Of a stretch of DNA of 60,536 bases, positions 11,224 through 23,911 are shown in pieces. Each line of letters starts with the position of its first letter. Position 1 is the first letter of the stretch. Origin of the DNA: Catajapyx aquilonaris (lineage: Eukaryota). The stretch lies in the NCBI GenBank assembly GCA_000934665.2, contig JYFJ02002320.1, positions 1 to 60,536 on the forward strand. Direction: 5' to 3'. Below the pieces are notes generated by a model that worked only from the letters and a program-made list of their open reading frames with translations, made no database searches and had not been told where the DNA came from. Made by a program: the position numbers and the translations under genes.

Positions 11224-11339
11224 TTTAATTATTAAAATAATACGTACGATCTCAGTACAGTCCATAATATTACACAATATGTACACATTTGAGCAAGAAG
11301 GTATATTCGTGGCTGTCGACAACAATAATAAAATAAAAA
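11224..11339 (-). promoter_or_regulatory. Cyclin B 3'UTR translational control elements (CPE, Pumilio element, hexamer)
   Basis: On the minus strand: UUUUUAU (11339-11333), UGUACAUA (11285-11278), and UUUUAAU (11237-11231) next to AUUAAA (11229-11224). Confidence 0.45.
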
Positions 11340-11564
11340 GAGGGCCAGGCTGTTAATTGCAATTGATTAATTGGTAATGAAAACATTGCATGTGCACAGG
11401 ACAGGAAACAATCCCTGCAACTGCAGGACGGACTATTAACCTGTAGAAAACAAGCCGTAAACTGCTGGTTTAATAACATCAGGACAGCGCAATATATGAA
11501 AACTTTGGGTTCAGCTCACCAAGTCGCATTAAAGACTAATTAACGAAAGAGGGAATAACGGTCT

Positions 11565-13871
11565 TCAGAGGACGACGAATCCTGTGTGGGCCAGAGCGAC
11601 CAGCCAGGCCTGCTGGAGCTCCCTGAGGCAGGCCACGTTCAGCAGGTCGTCCCTGGAGAACTTCTTCCGGACGGACTTGGTCCTGTGCGGGGGCCAGAAC
11701 AGGGGCCGCACCAAGGGCCGCAGCAGGGGCCGCAGCTGGTCCACGCCGTATCGGGAGTGGTGGGCCAAGGTCGGGGTCCACAGCTGGGCCGAGGGGGCAG
11801 CAGTCTCCTTCAGAACCCTGCAAACATTTCGTGTCAACACAAGCTGGAACATGTGGCTATTTATTTACCAATTATGTTGCTGTTACTTATTACGTAACTG
11901 ATTTATTTCTTATGTGTCACATGTTATTTATTTAACAATTATTTATTTTGTATGTAGCTGTTATTTACTTATCTATTATTTATTTATTATGTAGCTGTTA
12001 CTTAATTAACTATTATTTATTTCTTATGTAGCTGTTACTTAATTAACTATTATTTATTTCTTATGTAACTGTTACTTAATTAACTATTATTTATTTCTTA
12101 TGTAACTGTTACTTAATTAACTATTATTTATTTCTTATGTAACTGTTACTTAATTAACTATTATTTATTTTTCATGCAGCTGTTACTGATTTAACTATTA
12201 TTTTTTATGCAGCTGTATTTACCTGTAAATTTGTTTATTACCTATTACTTATTCCAGCTATTATGAAGTTAGCTATTACTTATTCCAGCTATTAATTTAG
12301 CTATTACTTATTCCAGCTATTAATTTAGCCATTACTTATTTCAGCCATTATTAATTTAGCTATTACTTATTTAAGCTATTATTAATTTACCTATTATTTA
12401 TTAAGTTGTTTAATTATGTCATTATGTGATGGCAAATTATTTATTTCGTAATTACTTTTTACAGCTGTAATTAATTTAGCTATTATTTATTTCAGCTATA
12501 ATATTTATTTAGCCATTACTTATTTCAGCTATTATTTATTTAGTTGTTTATGTCTATGTGATGGCTAATTATTTATTACTTAGCTATTATTTATTTCAGC
12601 TATATTTATTTAGCCATTACTTATTTCAGCTGGAAGTAATGAAGCCATTACTTACGTCAGCTATTATTAATTTGGTTGGTTATTATTCGTCTTCATTTGA
12701 TTGCTAATTATCATTTAGCTATCATTTGCTTTTATCTGTTATTTATTTTAACCATTTGAATTTATTCCCAACTGATACTTACATCATGGAGAGGAAGAGA
12801 GCAGCCGCGGCCAGAAGCGACGGCTTGACGCTGCTGAGGTTGTGGTCCAGCATTCCCATCTCGATTAGGTACTTGGCCAGGGTGTGCTGAAGCGTGCTGA
12901 CCTGCAAAAAAAATCCATCGTTAAACATGGGCATCGCGTATGTGGAAAATGTGGCGTACTTTTCCGGCCTTGGAGAACCGGCGGAGGAAGTCAAGAGGGA
13001 CGGGTTGGGCCACTTCGAACCGGATGACGTGCAGGAGGTTTATCTCCATGGATTGAAGCATGTCTGGGGTGCATGCCCCGCCGGTTATGTAGGTGAAGTC
13101 GGCCAATTCGGGTGCGTAGATCTCCTCGAACTTGGACGCAAGCCACAAGCAGGAGCAGCCAAGCACCTGCAGCCGGTCCGTGGTAAGAGGCGTGGTGCAT
13201 CGCATTATGAAGCGGTCCAGAAGCGCAACTGACAAGTACAACGACTCCTGAAAAAGACACATACGTTAATTCGGTTGCTTCAGATGCACGGAAGCGATGT
13301 CTACCTGAACCAGCTTGAACTCCGTATGCACTGTGACCATCCACTCGACCAGGATCCGCCTCGTCCTGTCCGTGATCCCTTTTCCTTCGATGAAGTTGGT
13401 GGGTACGGGCGACTTGCACTCCAAGTGTCGCAGGTGCGCGTATATGTCCTCGACGTACTCAGTCACCTTCAGGGGATCGGACGTATCCTGAGCGTCTATG
13501 TCATCCACAGCTGCGGACGCTTCCTTCTTGGCCGGACACGGAACAACTCTGAAGGGAAGGAGAAGCCCATAAGGCAAGGTATGCCCTGTGGGTACGAAAT
13601 GAGTCTTACGTCGGCTTCTTGATGGCAACGACTTCCGACTTGAGCCGCTTGCAGTTCAGCGGCTGGCTGGCCAACTTGTTCCCGACTTCAGACAGGACGG
13701 AACGCTTCAGAATGTTGCTCTTGCCCACGTCGGGCTTCTGCAGCCTCGGGTCGTTCTCCGTGTCCACCAGTCTCTGCATGAACGAAATGTATTATTATAT
13801 AAATTATGATTATTAATTATTAATTATTATGTCCTGCTCTCTGCTAAACGTACCATTTTCTTGGAAGCCAT
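11565..13871 (-). CDS. CycB: G2/mitotic-specific cyclin B (divergent)
   Basis: Six exons at about 13871-13854, 13774-13609, 13548-13305, 13248-12960, 12901-12783 and 11817-11565. D-box RSVLSEVGN. Cyclin box EYVEDIYAHLR..RRILVEWMVTVH..ESLYLSVALLDRF..LQVLGCSCLWLASKFEEIYAP..FLRRFSKA..HTLAKYLIE. Confidence 0.92.
11860..12775. repeat. AT-rich intronic minisatellite (37-bp core unit and derivatives)
   Basis: Repeated cttaattaactattatttatttcttatgtaactgtta and ttagctattacttattccagctatt in the last cyclin B intron. Confidence 0.9.
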
Positions 13872-14528
13872 TGTTTTGAGGCACAGGCGTCGGGAGGAAG
13901 TTGAGGCCGACGCCAGACGTCGAGGGAATGAAGACTCGAACGTGTGAATCGAACACGAAACCGGCGTCGCCAGGCAACGTGGCAACACCGGACGTCCAAA
14001 TGGGATTTAAAACAGAAATCGAGTTGGCAACACTGCTTTCAAAGCTGAAAAGAACTGAGCGGCTATTAGCACGAATGTTAGTAGCAAGTTGTGATTAACA
14101 TTATGTGCCGTGTAATTGTTCATGATTTGTATGATCGTATGTACATGTACAGAATGCTGTACTAATTGAACGTACACGAGTAATACCTTAATTTCGGATC
14201 ACTTAATTGCACATGCACAGGGAAAGTCGATAAAACTAATGTGTGGTAACTAATATGGCGATCAGAAACCTGTTATTTTTAACGTCTGCTTCCACATTTA
14301 TTACGAAGTTTTAAGGGTAAATTTTTAATTCGAATGATCGGAATTTGCGATAAATGTTATTATCTGGCCTTTGCTTCATTATAATTTGTTAATTTGTTAA
14401 TTAAAAGGCAGTGGGGATTGGATCCATTGATTTCAAAGATGGCGGCGCCTTATTGACAACATATTTTCGCGTGTGTTTTTTTGTTGGACTAATTAAAACC
14501 AATTAACCGGCGGATAATTACTGTCGCA
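13872..14528. promoter_or_regulatory. Bidirectional promoter CycB / FOCAD
   Basis: Divergent ATGs about 660 bp apart. TGGCAACACCG (about 13980), TTGGCAACACTG (about 14024) and CAAAGATGGCGGCG (about 14434). Confidence 0.6.
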
Positions 14529-14815
14529 ATGGAAGAAATCGCGTCTGGAGTGCAGAGCGGTAATGTGTGCTCAATTGCTGCGGTAAGTGCGCTTCATTTA
14601 ATTTAATCCGTACTCCTCATCTCATTAAGCTTTTTTTTGTGTGTGTGTGTGTGCATTAGATAATTAATTGACATTGCAATTAATTAGACGAACATAATGA
14701 GAGAGGTAATAATAATATGTCAAATTTCACAGGCGGTTGGTAAGCTCATCGAAATTCTGAAGAAGGAAGATCTCAAGGCTGCCAAGAAGGTCAGTTTCCT
14801 CTATAGTTTTTAAGC

Positions 14816-14871
<56 letters not shown>

Positions 14872-14958
14872 TGAATAACAATTACAGAAATAATATTATA
14901 ATATAATAAAAATTACCTGTGATGAAATAGTAGCAATGAAATTTATAAACAATAACGC

Positions 14959-15012
<54 letters not shown>

Positions 15013-18000
15013 GTAATAAACGAATAATTGAGTAAAAAGTCATAAGGAATTAAATCATGATAAACAAATAATGAAGAAACTACCGGTAAATAAATGATTA
15101 CTTAAAATGAAACTAGCCGAATAAGAAATAAATAATAGGAGTTACACAATAAATAGTAGCTACATAGTAAATAAATAATAGTGACACATTAAGTAGCTGC
15201 AGAGTAAATAATAGTTACACATTTAATAATTTTACATAATGAATAATAGTTACACAATAAATAATAGTTACAAAATAACAGTTACACACTAAAATAATAG
15301 TTACCGTACGTCATAAATAACAGTTACACAATAAAGTAATAGTTACATCATAAATAACAGTTACACACTAAAATAATAGTTACCATACATCATAAATAAC
15401 AGTTACACAATAAAATAATAGTTACCGTACATTATAAATAACAGTTACGTAATAAAGTAATAGTTACATCATAAATAAGTTACGTAATAAAATAATAGTT
15501 ACCGTACATTATAAATAACAGTTACGTAATAAAGTAATAGTTACATCATAAATAACAGTTACACAATAAAATAATAGTTACCGTACATTATAAATAACAG
15601 TTACGTAATAAAGTAATAGTTACATCATAAATAAGTTACGTAATAAAATAATAGTTACATAAATTACGCCAACATCATAAATTTTGATTTTTATTAATTT
15701 TACCCTATTGAATGATCTTAATCACATAATAAGTAAGTTACATAATAATTACATAATAAATGACAGCTACATAATAATAGCTGCATGCTTAAATATAAGT
15801 AACAGCTAAATAATATTAGGCTACAATATGTTCAGAATGTTTCTTTTGCAATATTTTTATCCTGTTGCTAATATATTACGACTTGAATGGTTAAACATTT
15901 AAATGCGGATTCCTTGCTTTGTTTTGATTTCAGAGCGAGGGACTGAGCTACCTCCTGAAGCAAACCTTCAGCCCAGATCCTTCAGTGAGTTTGACATGCG
16001 GCGAGGCCTTGGCCGGACTGATGATCTCCGGACGACTGGACGTCCCGTCGACCATGATAGAGCTGTACTCTTCCATCACAGGGACCTGGCAAGTATAGTC
16101 CATCCGCAGCCAACATCATCAAAGAGTCTCGGAGAGGGAGGGAGACAGACACCTATAGAGTACCCGTCCTCCCATTTCAGCAACACCAGTGGCGTCGTCC
16201 GATGTTTGTCCAGCCTGGTGTCCCAGGGCCTCAGGTCAACGAGTGACGATCTGTTGTCCTTCAGGAAGAGCCAGCAGCCTCTGGTCGTGGTTCTGAAGCA
16301 GAAGCCTGACAGTTGGCCGCACATACTCGCATTTACCAACCAAATGTTATTTCACGAAACGCAATTGTAAGTACGACCATCTCTCGACCCTAAACATGCC
16401 GCAATAGTACGAGTTAAGTGAGCGCAATTTCAGTAAGAAAAAAAATTCATGTAGTTGCTCAGTTGCTGAGAATTTTTGCATATTTAATATCAGAGGAAGA
16501 AAGTTTAATTACATTGTTCAGTGGCACCATGGAATTTTGCTTAAATTAATTTCTATTTAATTACATTTATTTAACTACTATTTTCCTTGCAGAGATCAGC
16601 GTCAAGTACTCGACGTTTTACACCCAATTTTTCATCACGTCCTGTGTAGTCCGTCAGCGTCCGATCTCGTAGCTATGCGATACCAGCTATGGTCATCGCT
16701 CATTACTCTCATCGGTAGCGATTGCATCGCTCTGAGCGTATTCCGATTTGCAAGTCAAATGCAAGTAAGTTCGGATTCGTTTGGTTCGAATCGTCCCGCT
16801 AATTCTTTACAAACGCAGGACGATACGACCGACAGAGATTTCGTCTTATCCAGTCTGTTAAACTGCGCTTTGGCCGACAACAACTCGACGATGACAGTCG
16901 CATTGCTTCCATCGCTCTCATCGTTGCTGTTACGACAAGTGCAAACGGGAGCGAACATCGCACCCACGTTAGGCTACCTGCAAAGAGCGCTGTTCGCAAG
17001 TACTCTAACTGCAGACGAAACGGCAACAATGGGCAGCGTTGTCATTGCGACGATGCTTGATGTCGTTCCGAAGTGTCCGCCCATCCATTTCTCAAGTCTA
17101 ATAACGCTGTGTAAGTCAGCTTCATGTTTATCAGAATCGATCGGAATCATATTAAAGAACATGTACTGTCCACAGGCGATGCGATACTCGAACACAACTT
17201 GTGCGGCGATGTGCTACACGCTTCGTTTCTATCCTGCGTCTTTCCGTGGATGGCCCAACCGAGCCTGTTAACCCAACCGGGTTTGCACATCGCTTCGGGA
17301 ATGATAAACCGTTTCCGGCATAAGCAGCGTCCGAGTCCGCCGTTTAAACTGCCGGATAACGAGTACTTAACGGCTCTAATTGCGACCGATTTGCAATCTC
17401 GTTTGAGCTTGGAAACGGCGCGATTGGGACATGATCTACGGGATTTCGACGCAGCGTTGGATTGGCTAAGTCGTCTTCAGGACGGAAGCGGGGTTCCTCT
17501 TGTTCTCGGATTGTTTTTAACGCCGACGGACACACGGGTTAGCCTCAGCGCACTTCAGATGCTTAAAAAAGCTGCGGACGACGACATGTCCGTCATTTTA
17601 ATGTCCGTACTGTACCGGCTGTCTGGTGAAGACAACCCGGTACTGAACCTGGAGCTCATGCATTTCCTGCCGTCGTTCGCGAAGAACAAGGCAAGTCGAA
17701 CATACCGTACGTTGCACACAATGACATAACATATTTGCACAGGATTTTCTGCCCGTCGTCCTGAAAGTCACCGAAGAAATGGGACAGTCGACGTTTCTAA
17801 AGCCGATGCGACTCCGGCTGCTGTGCGAGATTTGGAAGGTCAATCCCCGTGCATATCCGTACCTCAAGACGCAACTAGACACATCCGAATCCGACTGGGA
17901 GTTTGACGTCGCAAGAGCCGCAGTCATTAAAGAAGTGTGCGAAGCCAGGTTCGTACTTTTGTTACTCATGTACGTTTAATATGACGCCAAAATTTTGCAG

Positions 18001-20181
18001 ACCTCACCAGTGCGGACCTGAGATGCTATCTTATTTATCTCGTATCCTGACTGAAAGCGAGGGCGACAAAGGACGAGTACAAGCCTCGTTAGCGATCAAA
18101 GGAATCGCATGTTTGCTTCGAGAAGGAATTTTCACGGCTCACAGCATGTGGAAAGTACTTGGCCGCAACTTGACGGGCGAGCGGAGACCATTTGTTTTTA
18201 AAAGGTACGACTTGTAATTAAAATCCGCAATCGCACTAATTATTCTGCGCAGTGTATGTCATTTGCTAGCGTTAATCCCGAAGTCATCGCCTTCTAACGA
18301 GCATACGGCGTGTCAAAAGGAGGTTCTGCAGTACTTATGGACAATCGCGGCTGATCCGTGCGCCGAACTTTCCTCCGCTGCGATTAGGTACTCGCGGATT
18401 AATACCTACAATTTTGCGTACCTAATTAACGGATTAATTGCAGGGCACTTGCGTCGTTTCCGATGTCGGACTTTACAATGCAGATGCTTCCGGGAAAATG
18501 TTTGGAAGACGTCAAATTGCCAGTGGATTTTTCCCGAGGTCCTGCGGCCGCCACGGATAATCCGCAAGACATCTTAGATTACATACCAGGTCTGTACGTT
18601 GCATCGTTACATGTTCTGTGCCAACTGAACGGCTGACTTTCAGGTCAATGTTGGATTAAGCTGCTGGACGTCCTGCCTCGTGAGGTTCGACCGGATGCGG
18701 TACACTTGTTAGCGGGTTTGATAGGCGAAGAGCTGGAGGGTTTACCTCGTGCCGCGTTTAATCTGCAGCCGGGTCGCCGTATCGAGCCGGCTCTGTACAC
18801 GCAATTGAAGCCGAACAGCGTACTGAAAGCAATTACGAGCACCGTGTACGACATCGCTGAATGCCGAACGACGTTTGAAGCCGACATATTGCTGCAGGTT
18901 CTGTGCGCTGTCGAAACGGATTTGCCGCCATTCGACTGGAGCCTTCTGGAGCGACTGCAGCAGACGGACGACATATGGGAAATGTGCGTTCGGATTACGG
19001 CTAAGCAATGCCGGAAGTCGGATTCGGCGAGGCGAGTCGCCGAGAAGAAACTTGGCAGCGCTGGAAATGTAAGCGCACTTGTTTTGTTAACCGAGCGATT
19101 GTTCATATGATTTCGTCTGTAGGTCAGCCGCATCGAGGTTGTGTTCAGGTGTCTCCCGCACTTATGCAGCGGTATGCCAGCGAGTATCATCGGCCCGTTC
19201 TTGGACACACATGTGCAGGACGCCGCAGTTAGAGCGATCGCCGGAGACACGCAATTGCTGCGATTAATGCTGACTTGTATGTCCGAAGCGTTACGGTCGG
19301 ACGATTCCGACGATAAAAACAAGGCGGAAGTTAACTCCGTGATCGTTAAACTGATCGACGTTTCCTGGAATAATCCGGCCGTCTGGGACATGTGTATGTC
19401 ATGCATAAGCTCGCTGTCGGCAGACGCAATGGAAAAGCTAACCGCAATGTCGATGTGGTGGGAAAGTACGCCTGAAAAAGTGGAAAAGGCTGTTCGGATA
19501 AGATGCAAACGAGCTATGGACGACGAGAACGATCCGTTTTCATGGCTGCCCGAATGTATTAACGCTATTGCCGTCCAGCCCAGGTTCGTTTGCGCTCTTT
19601 AATATTGTAATGATCCGGCATATCCCGTTTGGTGTTCCAGCGAAAATGCAGCGGCTTTACGGCAGATCAACGAGGTACTTAGAAAGCACTGCAATCACGA
19701 CACGAATCGGCAGTGGTTAACGAAGATAATGGGCGACATCAGCTCGGTGATTGAAAGCAGATCGAAACTGGAGCTTCCTTCAGCCGACGACGTTGCCCGA
19801 GTGAGTCGCTAACATTTAAAAACTGTCGTACACATCATTACCATTCACTTAATTTTCAGGCGCTCACTTTCCTATGCGACGTATTTGCATTGAGCGTCGC
19901 TTCGATGTCCAGATTAAATTATCTGAACATCACTGTGGCCACTTTTAACGAGCCGAACCGATTAGTTGTGGCCATATGCACTTTGGATTTAATTCCTGAC
20001 GAACAGGTGAGTTTGCACTTTGACCTTTTCGGATTGTTAATTAATGGCATGTCCTGTTTTCCAGATGCGGAACTTCTGCCGGCAAGTCGGATCGGCCGGA
20101 AATCTTCCTGAAGCGTACTCGTCAACGTTCAGGCAGAGCTTCCTTCTAATTAGCCATCGAAACGGACTAGAAGAATCGTAG
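14529..20181 (+). CDS. FOCAD: Focadhesin (KIAA1797) homolog, ARM/HEAT-like
   Basis: About 16 exons. Motifs QPLVVVLKQKPDSWPHIL, LRLLCEIWKVNPRAYPYL, WEFDVARAAVIKEVCEARPHQCGPEMLSYLSRIL and LPPFDWSLL resemble focadhesin. Two GC-AG introns (16089-16180, 17691-17742). Confidence 0.85.
14817..15830. repeat. (AAT)n microsatellites plus an AT-rich minisatellite in FOCAD intron 2
   Basis: (aat)n at about 14817-14870 and 14959-15012, followed by taaataacagttacacaataaaataatagttac-type units. Confidence 0.9.
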
Positions 20182-20453
20182 CATGTACGTCGACCCATTT
20201 ACATAAAAGAAGGCAGTTTTAATAACGATATGACACATTAACCTTAACCTTAACAGCACAACAAATATTCCAAGCCCACTTTTTGTACACATATAAAAAT
20301 GGTCCAATGTACGTCGATCCGCAACAATGATTTCCATCCGCACCATTACGAGTCATGACTACATGTAAAGTACGTGCAATGAGATTGGGCGCTACTCGCA
20401 AATTAATTACTATCCGGCGGATCATGACTGCGCAATTGTTCGTGGGGAAATGT

Positions 20454-21668
20454 TCACACTGTCGTCTCGTGTTTGGAGTCCGGATCCGCATCCTTCTGCG
20501 CGTGATCCTCGACGCAGAGGGCCGTCTCGTCCTCGGCCGATCCTCGCTGCGACATCTTGGGGCTTCCGCACTTCTTCTTCGGCTTCGGCTTCTTCACTGG
20601 GGTCCGGCAGGGGCTCGTCTTCTTGCCCGCTCCGAAATACTGGGAGGTTCTAACGCTGGATACGAAAAGGAAAAAAATATGTGTTACGCACGCTCACAAT
20701 TAATTTTCTTATTAAAAATTATTTTTCTTATTAAAAATTATTTTTCTTATTAAAAATGATTTTTCTTATAAATAATTATTATAAGAAACAATAAGTGATT
20801 GGACAATTATAAAAAAATTCTTATTGGAAACAATCAGTGATTGGACAATTATTTAAAAATATATTATAAGAAACAATAAGTGATTGGAAAATCATGAAAA
20901 TTATACCGTAATGATTTTTATATATTTTCTTAACAATGTTTCATAATATTGTCCTATCGATTTGTCTTAATACCTATTTTTCTTTAGGAAAATTATATTT
21001 AGTAAGTTATTAGTTGTCATCATTTATTCTCTTTTCCTTATATTACGTAATTCAGCCTGAACAATTATTTACATTTCGACCAGCTTCCCTTGCAGCTTGC
21101 AGAAGGCCTCGTAGTCCCTGGCGCCGAACTCCTGAGGGTCGTACCGGGCGAGCTCGTACAGATCGCAGTACTCGTTAACGACCCGTTGCTCCTGCCCGCT
21201 CAGCAGTCCTCCGAAGACGTAGTTGACCAGGAAGGACCGGAGAGGCTCGTACGAATGCCGGATCATGGTTTGGTCCATCTCTGATATCTCCCGCTCTGTT
21301 GGGAACGCACAGTGTGAGTACCTACCAAATTACGGGGAATGTGCAGAGAGAGTACCTAGCAATTTGCTGCTGTCCACGGCCTTCATCTTGTAGTGATGGA
21401 CGTGCACGGCCTCGTTCATCTCCTCGTTGGTGCGGATGAGTGTGGGCTCGTACTGTATCTTGGGCACGGCCTCGATCATCTTGTCTATCTCCCGTCGCAT
21501 CGACCTTCTGCAGTCGTGTCCGATGGGCACGTGAGGACCTCTTCTAGATCCCCTCAGGGCGAATCGCATGATCTGTCGCTTGGCGAACACGAACAGGAGG
21601 ATGAAGGTGAGGACCCCGCCGCCTATGAACAGCACCACGGTCACACCGGACAGCTGCTCGGCCATCAT
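20454..21668 (-). CDS. C1orf43: NICE-3 / C1orf43 family protein
   Basis: MAEQLSGVTVVLFIGGGVLTFILLFVFAKRQIMRFAL..RRGPHVPIGH is characteristic of NICE-3. Exons about 21668-21357, 21295-21073 and 20656-20454. The C-terminus ETTV* is PDZ-ligand-like. Confidence 0.9.
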
Positions 21669-22304
21669 CTGAGTCCTAATTGAGCCCCCTTAGGCCCACT
21701 AATTAGCACGGGAATTAATTAAATAAGTTGGGAGAAGACATTTTAGGTTAATTAAAGGTGGGAGCCGCCATCTTGGGATCAGGGTTGCCAGACCGTGGCA
21801 TATGTACGGGGTTGCCAGATGACAAATAAATGCTACAAAATGGAACGTTAAGTGTGGATATAATTACTGTAATTACACTAAATATAATTACTAATTATAT
21901 GTAATATTATAATTTTAAAAGAACCGCAGATGAAATACTGGCGGCGTTCGAATAGCCGAACATGACGATTGCGTCATCAGAATTACTTGATTGCTCACTA
22001 CTTATTAATTAGTTTTAAAAAATAATTAATTAACACCCTGTAATTTGTATGTACCGGTTTGTACGTTAATTGCTTTTAAAATTGACATGATTGCGGCCGA
22101 TTTCGGACGCGCCTCGGATAATCCAACATGGCCGCCGAATTGTGATTGAGAAATCGTTCGATTTTTATTTCTGATCGCTTCCCCCTATTGGGAAATAATA
22201 TTGTATTGATACGCGGCTGTCGTCTTGGCCCCTCTCAAAAAATGTGTGGACGTTTGCCCCCAGTGAGGACGTAAAAAGAAGGACAGCCTCGGAACAGTGC
22301 AAGG
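21669..22304. promoter_or_regulatory. Bidirectional promoter NICE-3 / JAK, with a probable non-coding first JAK exon
   Basis: GCCGCCATCTTG (about 21764), two GGGTTGCCAGA (about 21782, 21809) and AACATGGCCGCC (about 22125). Donor AAGG|gtgagt at 22304/22305. Confidence 0.55.
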
Positions 22305-22559
22305 GTGAGTCCAGTGTTAAATATATTGAGAGTATATTGATCGACATCTGAATAAATTATTGATTGATTATTCATAAGGACGATAAGGTCATTACGATAG
22401 TATGTCCCCCTACCCAAAAAAAGAAGAAAAAGAAATGTCGCAGTCCGAAATACGACGGAATATAAAAATGCATGGGTTCCCATGCCACCTAAAGTACTTA
22501 TTGGGTCTTATCATTAATACACATTATTAATAAATAGGCCTACCTGGAATTATAATTAA

Positions 22560-23700
22560 TATGAATAACTGATAAATTACACAAAAACTAATAATTTGAA
22601 TAGCTGATATTAGTTAATAAATCACCATTGACATTATGCCTAATATACTTATATAACCAATATGATGGCAATTAATAACTAACCAATAAAATGATTACGT
22701 AATTATATCATAACTAATAACTAACCAATATGACAACTAATACCTTACTAATATAACTAATAACTAACCAATGAAATGATTACATAATTATAATATTATA
22801 ACTAATAACTAACCAATGAAATGATTACATAATTATAATATTATAACTAATAAATAACCATTATGACAACTAATAAATAACCATTATGACAACTAATAAA
22901 TAACCAATGACAACTAATAAATAACCAATGACAACTAATAAATAACCATTGTGACAACTAATAAATAACCATTATGACAACTAATACCTAATAACCATTA
23001 TGACAACTAATACCTAATAACCTAATAACTAACCAATAAAAATTGATAACTTATAGTTATTCGTTACAATTAATATCTAATAAATTGATAACTTATCATT
23101 ACAATTAATAACTAATAAATTGATAACTTATCGTTACAATTAATAACTAATAAATTGATAGCTTATCATTTCAATTAATAACTAATAAGTTGATAGCTTA
23201 TCATTACAATTAGTAACTAATAAATTAATAACTTATCGTTACAATTAATATTTTTTTTATTTTATTATGTACCCCGTTGTGGGCCCTAAGCCCTATAGGG
23301 GGGTGGCTCACCACCATCAGTTTTCTATGTGTATACACGCTTTTCTTCATACACCGGTGCAAGGAGTCAAGGATGTAGGGTAGGAGTAGGGATTTTTTGG
23401 GGAGGGAACATAGGGTGCAAGTGCAGTGTCTACAACATGGGTCATGTGCTGTTCCCCAGGAGGTTAGGTTGCCAGACACCTCCTTGGTGCAGGTCAGAGA
23501 CCCTCCCGACGCAGGCGAAAGGAAAGTTCCCCAGGCGGGGATCGAACCTGGGGCCTTTCACTCAGCAAGCCGAAACGTTACCATCACGGCCACCACACCT
23601 CCCCTCGTTACAATTAATAACTAATAAGTTGATAACAGAATGGTAGCTAATGGGATGATAACTAGCAGGTAAATAAATAATAGCAAGTTAACATTTAATA
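22560..23700. repeat. AT-rich minisatellites in JAK intron 1
   Basis: Repeated caactaataaataaccattatga and taataaattgataacttatcgttacaattaataac units. Confidence 0.9.
23251..23605 (-). mobile_element. tRNA-derived SINE (copy A) with a 14-bp target-site duplication
   Basis: Minus-strand head AGGGGAGG..TGGCCGTGATGG (A box)..GGTTCGATCCC (B box) and an A-rich tail. Flanking direct repeat cgttacaattaata at 23237-23250 and 23606-23619. Confidence 0.8.
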
Positions 23701-23803
23701 AATTAAAGAACGGCTCCAGTTTCTTCAAATCGCATCATAATTATGGTTGTGGGTAGGCAGCTTTACTGATCATGGGTCTGATTGCCCTGTAATGATAATG
23801 ATG

Positions 23804-23874
<71 letters not shown>

Positions 23875-23911
23875 TTATATAAATGTGATTCCAGCAGTGG
23901 GGCATGTGGCG

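Noticed and set aside
23440..23505. HDV-like ribozyme in the SINE (CUAA before a stem on the minus strand)
   Set aside because: The segment enclosed by the stem is too short to hold P3, P1 and P4, and no nested double pseudoknot could be drawn.
23525..23605. Functional tRNA gene
   Set aside because: A and B boxes are present, but the sequence continues into a body, A-rich tail and target-site duplication, consistent with a SINE head. The same applies to 32340-32415.
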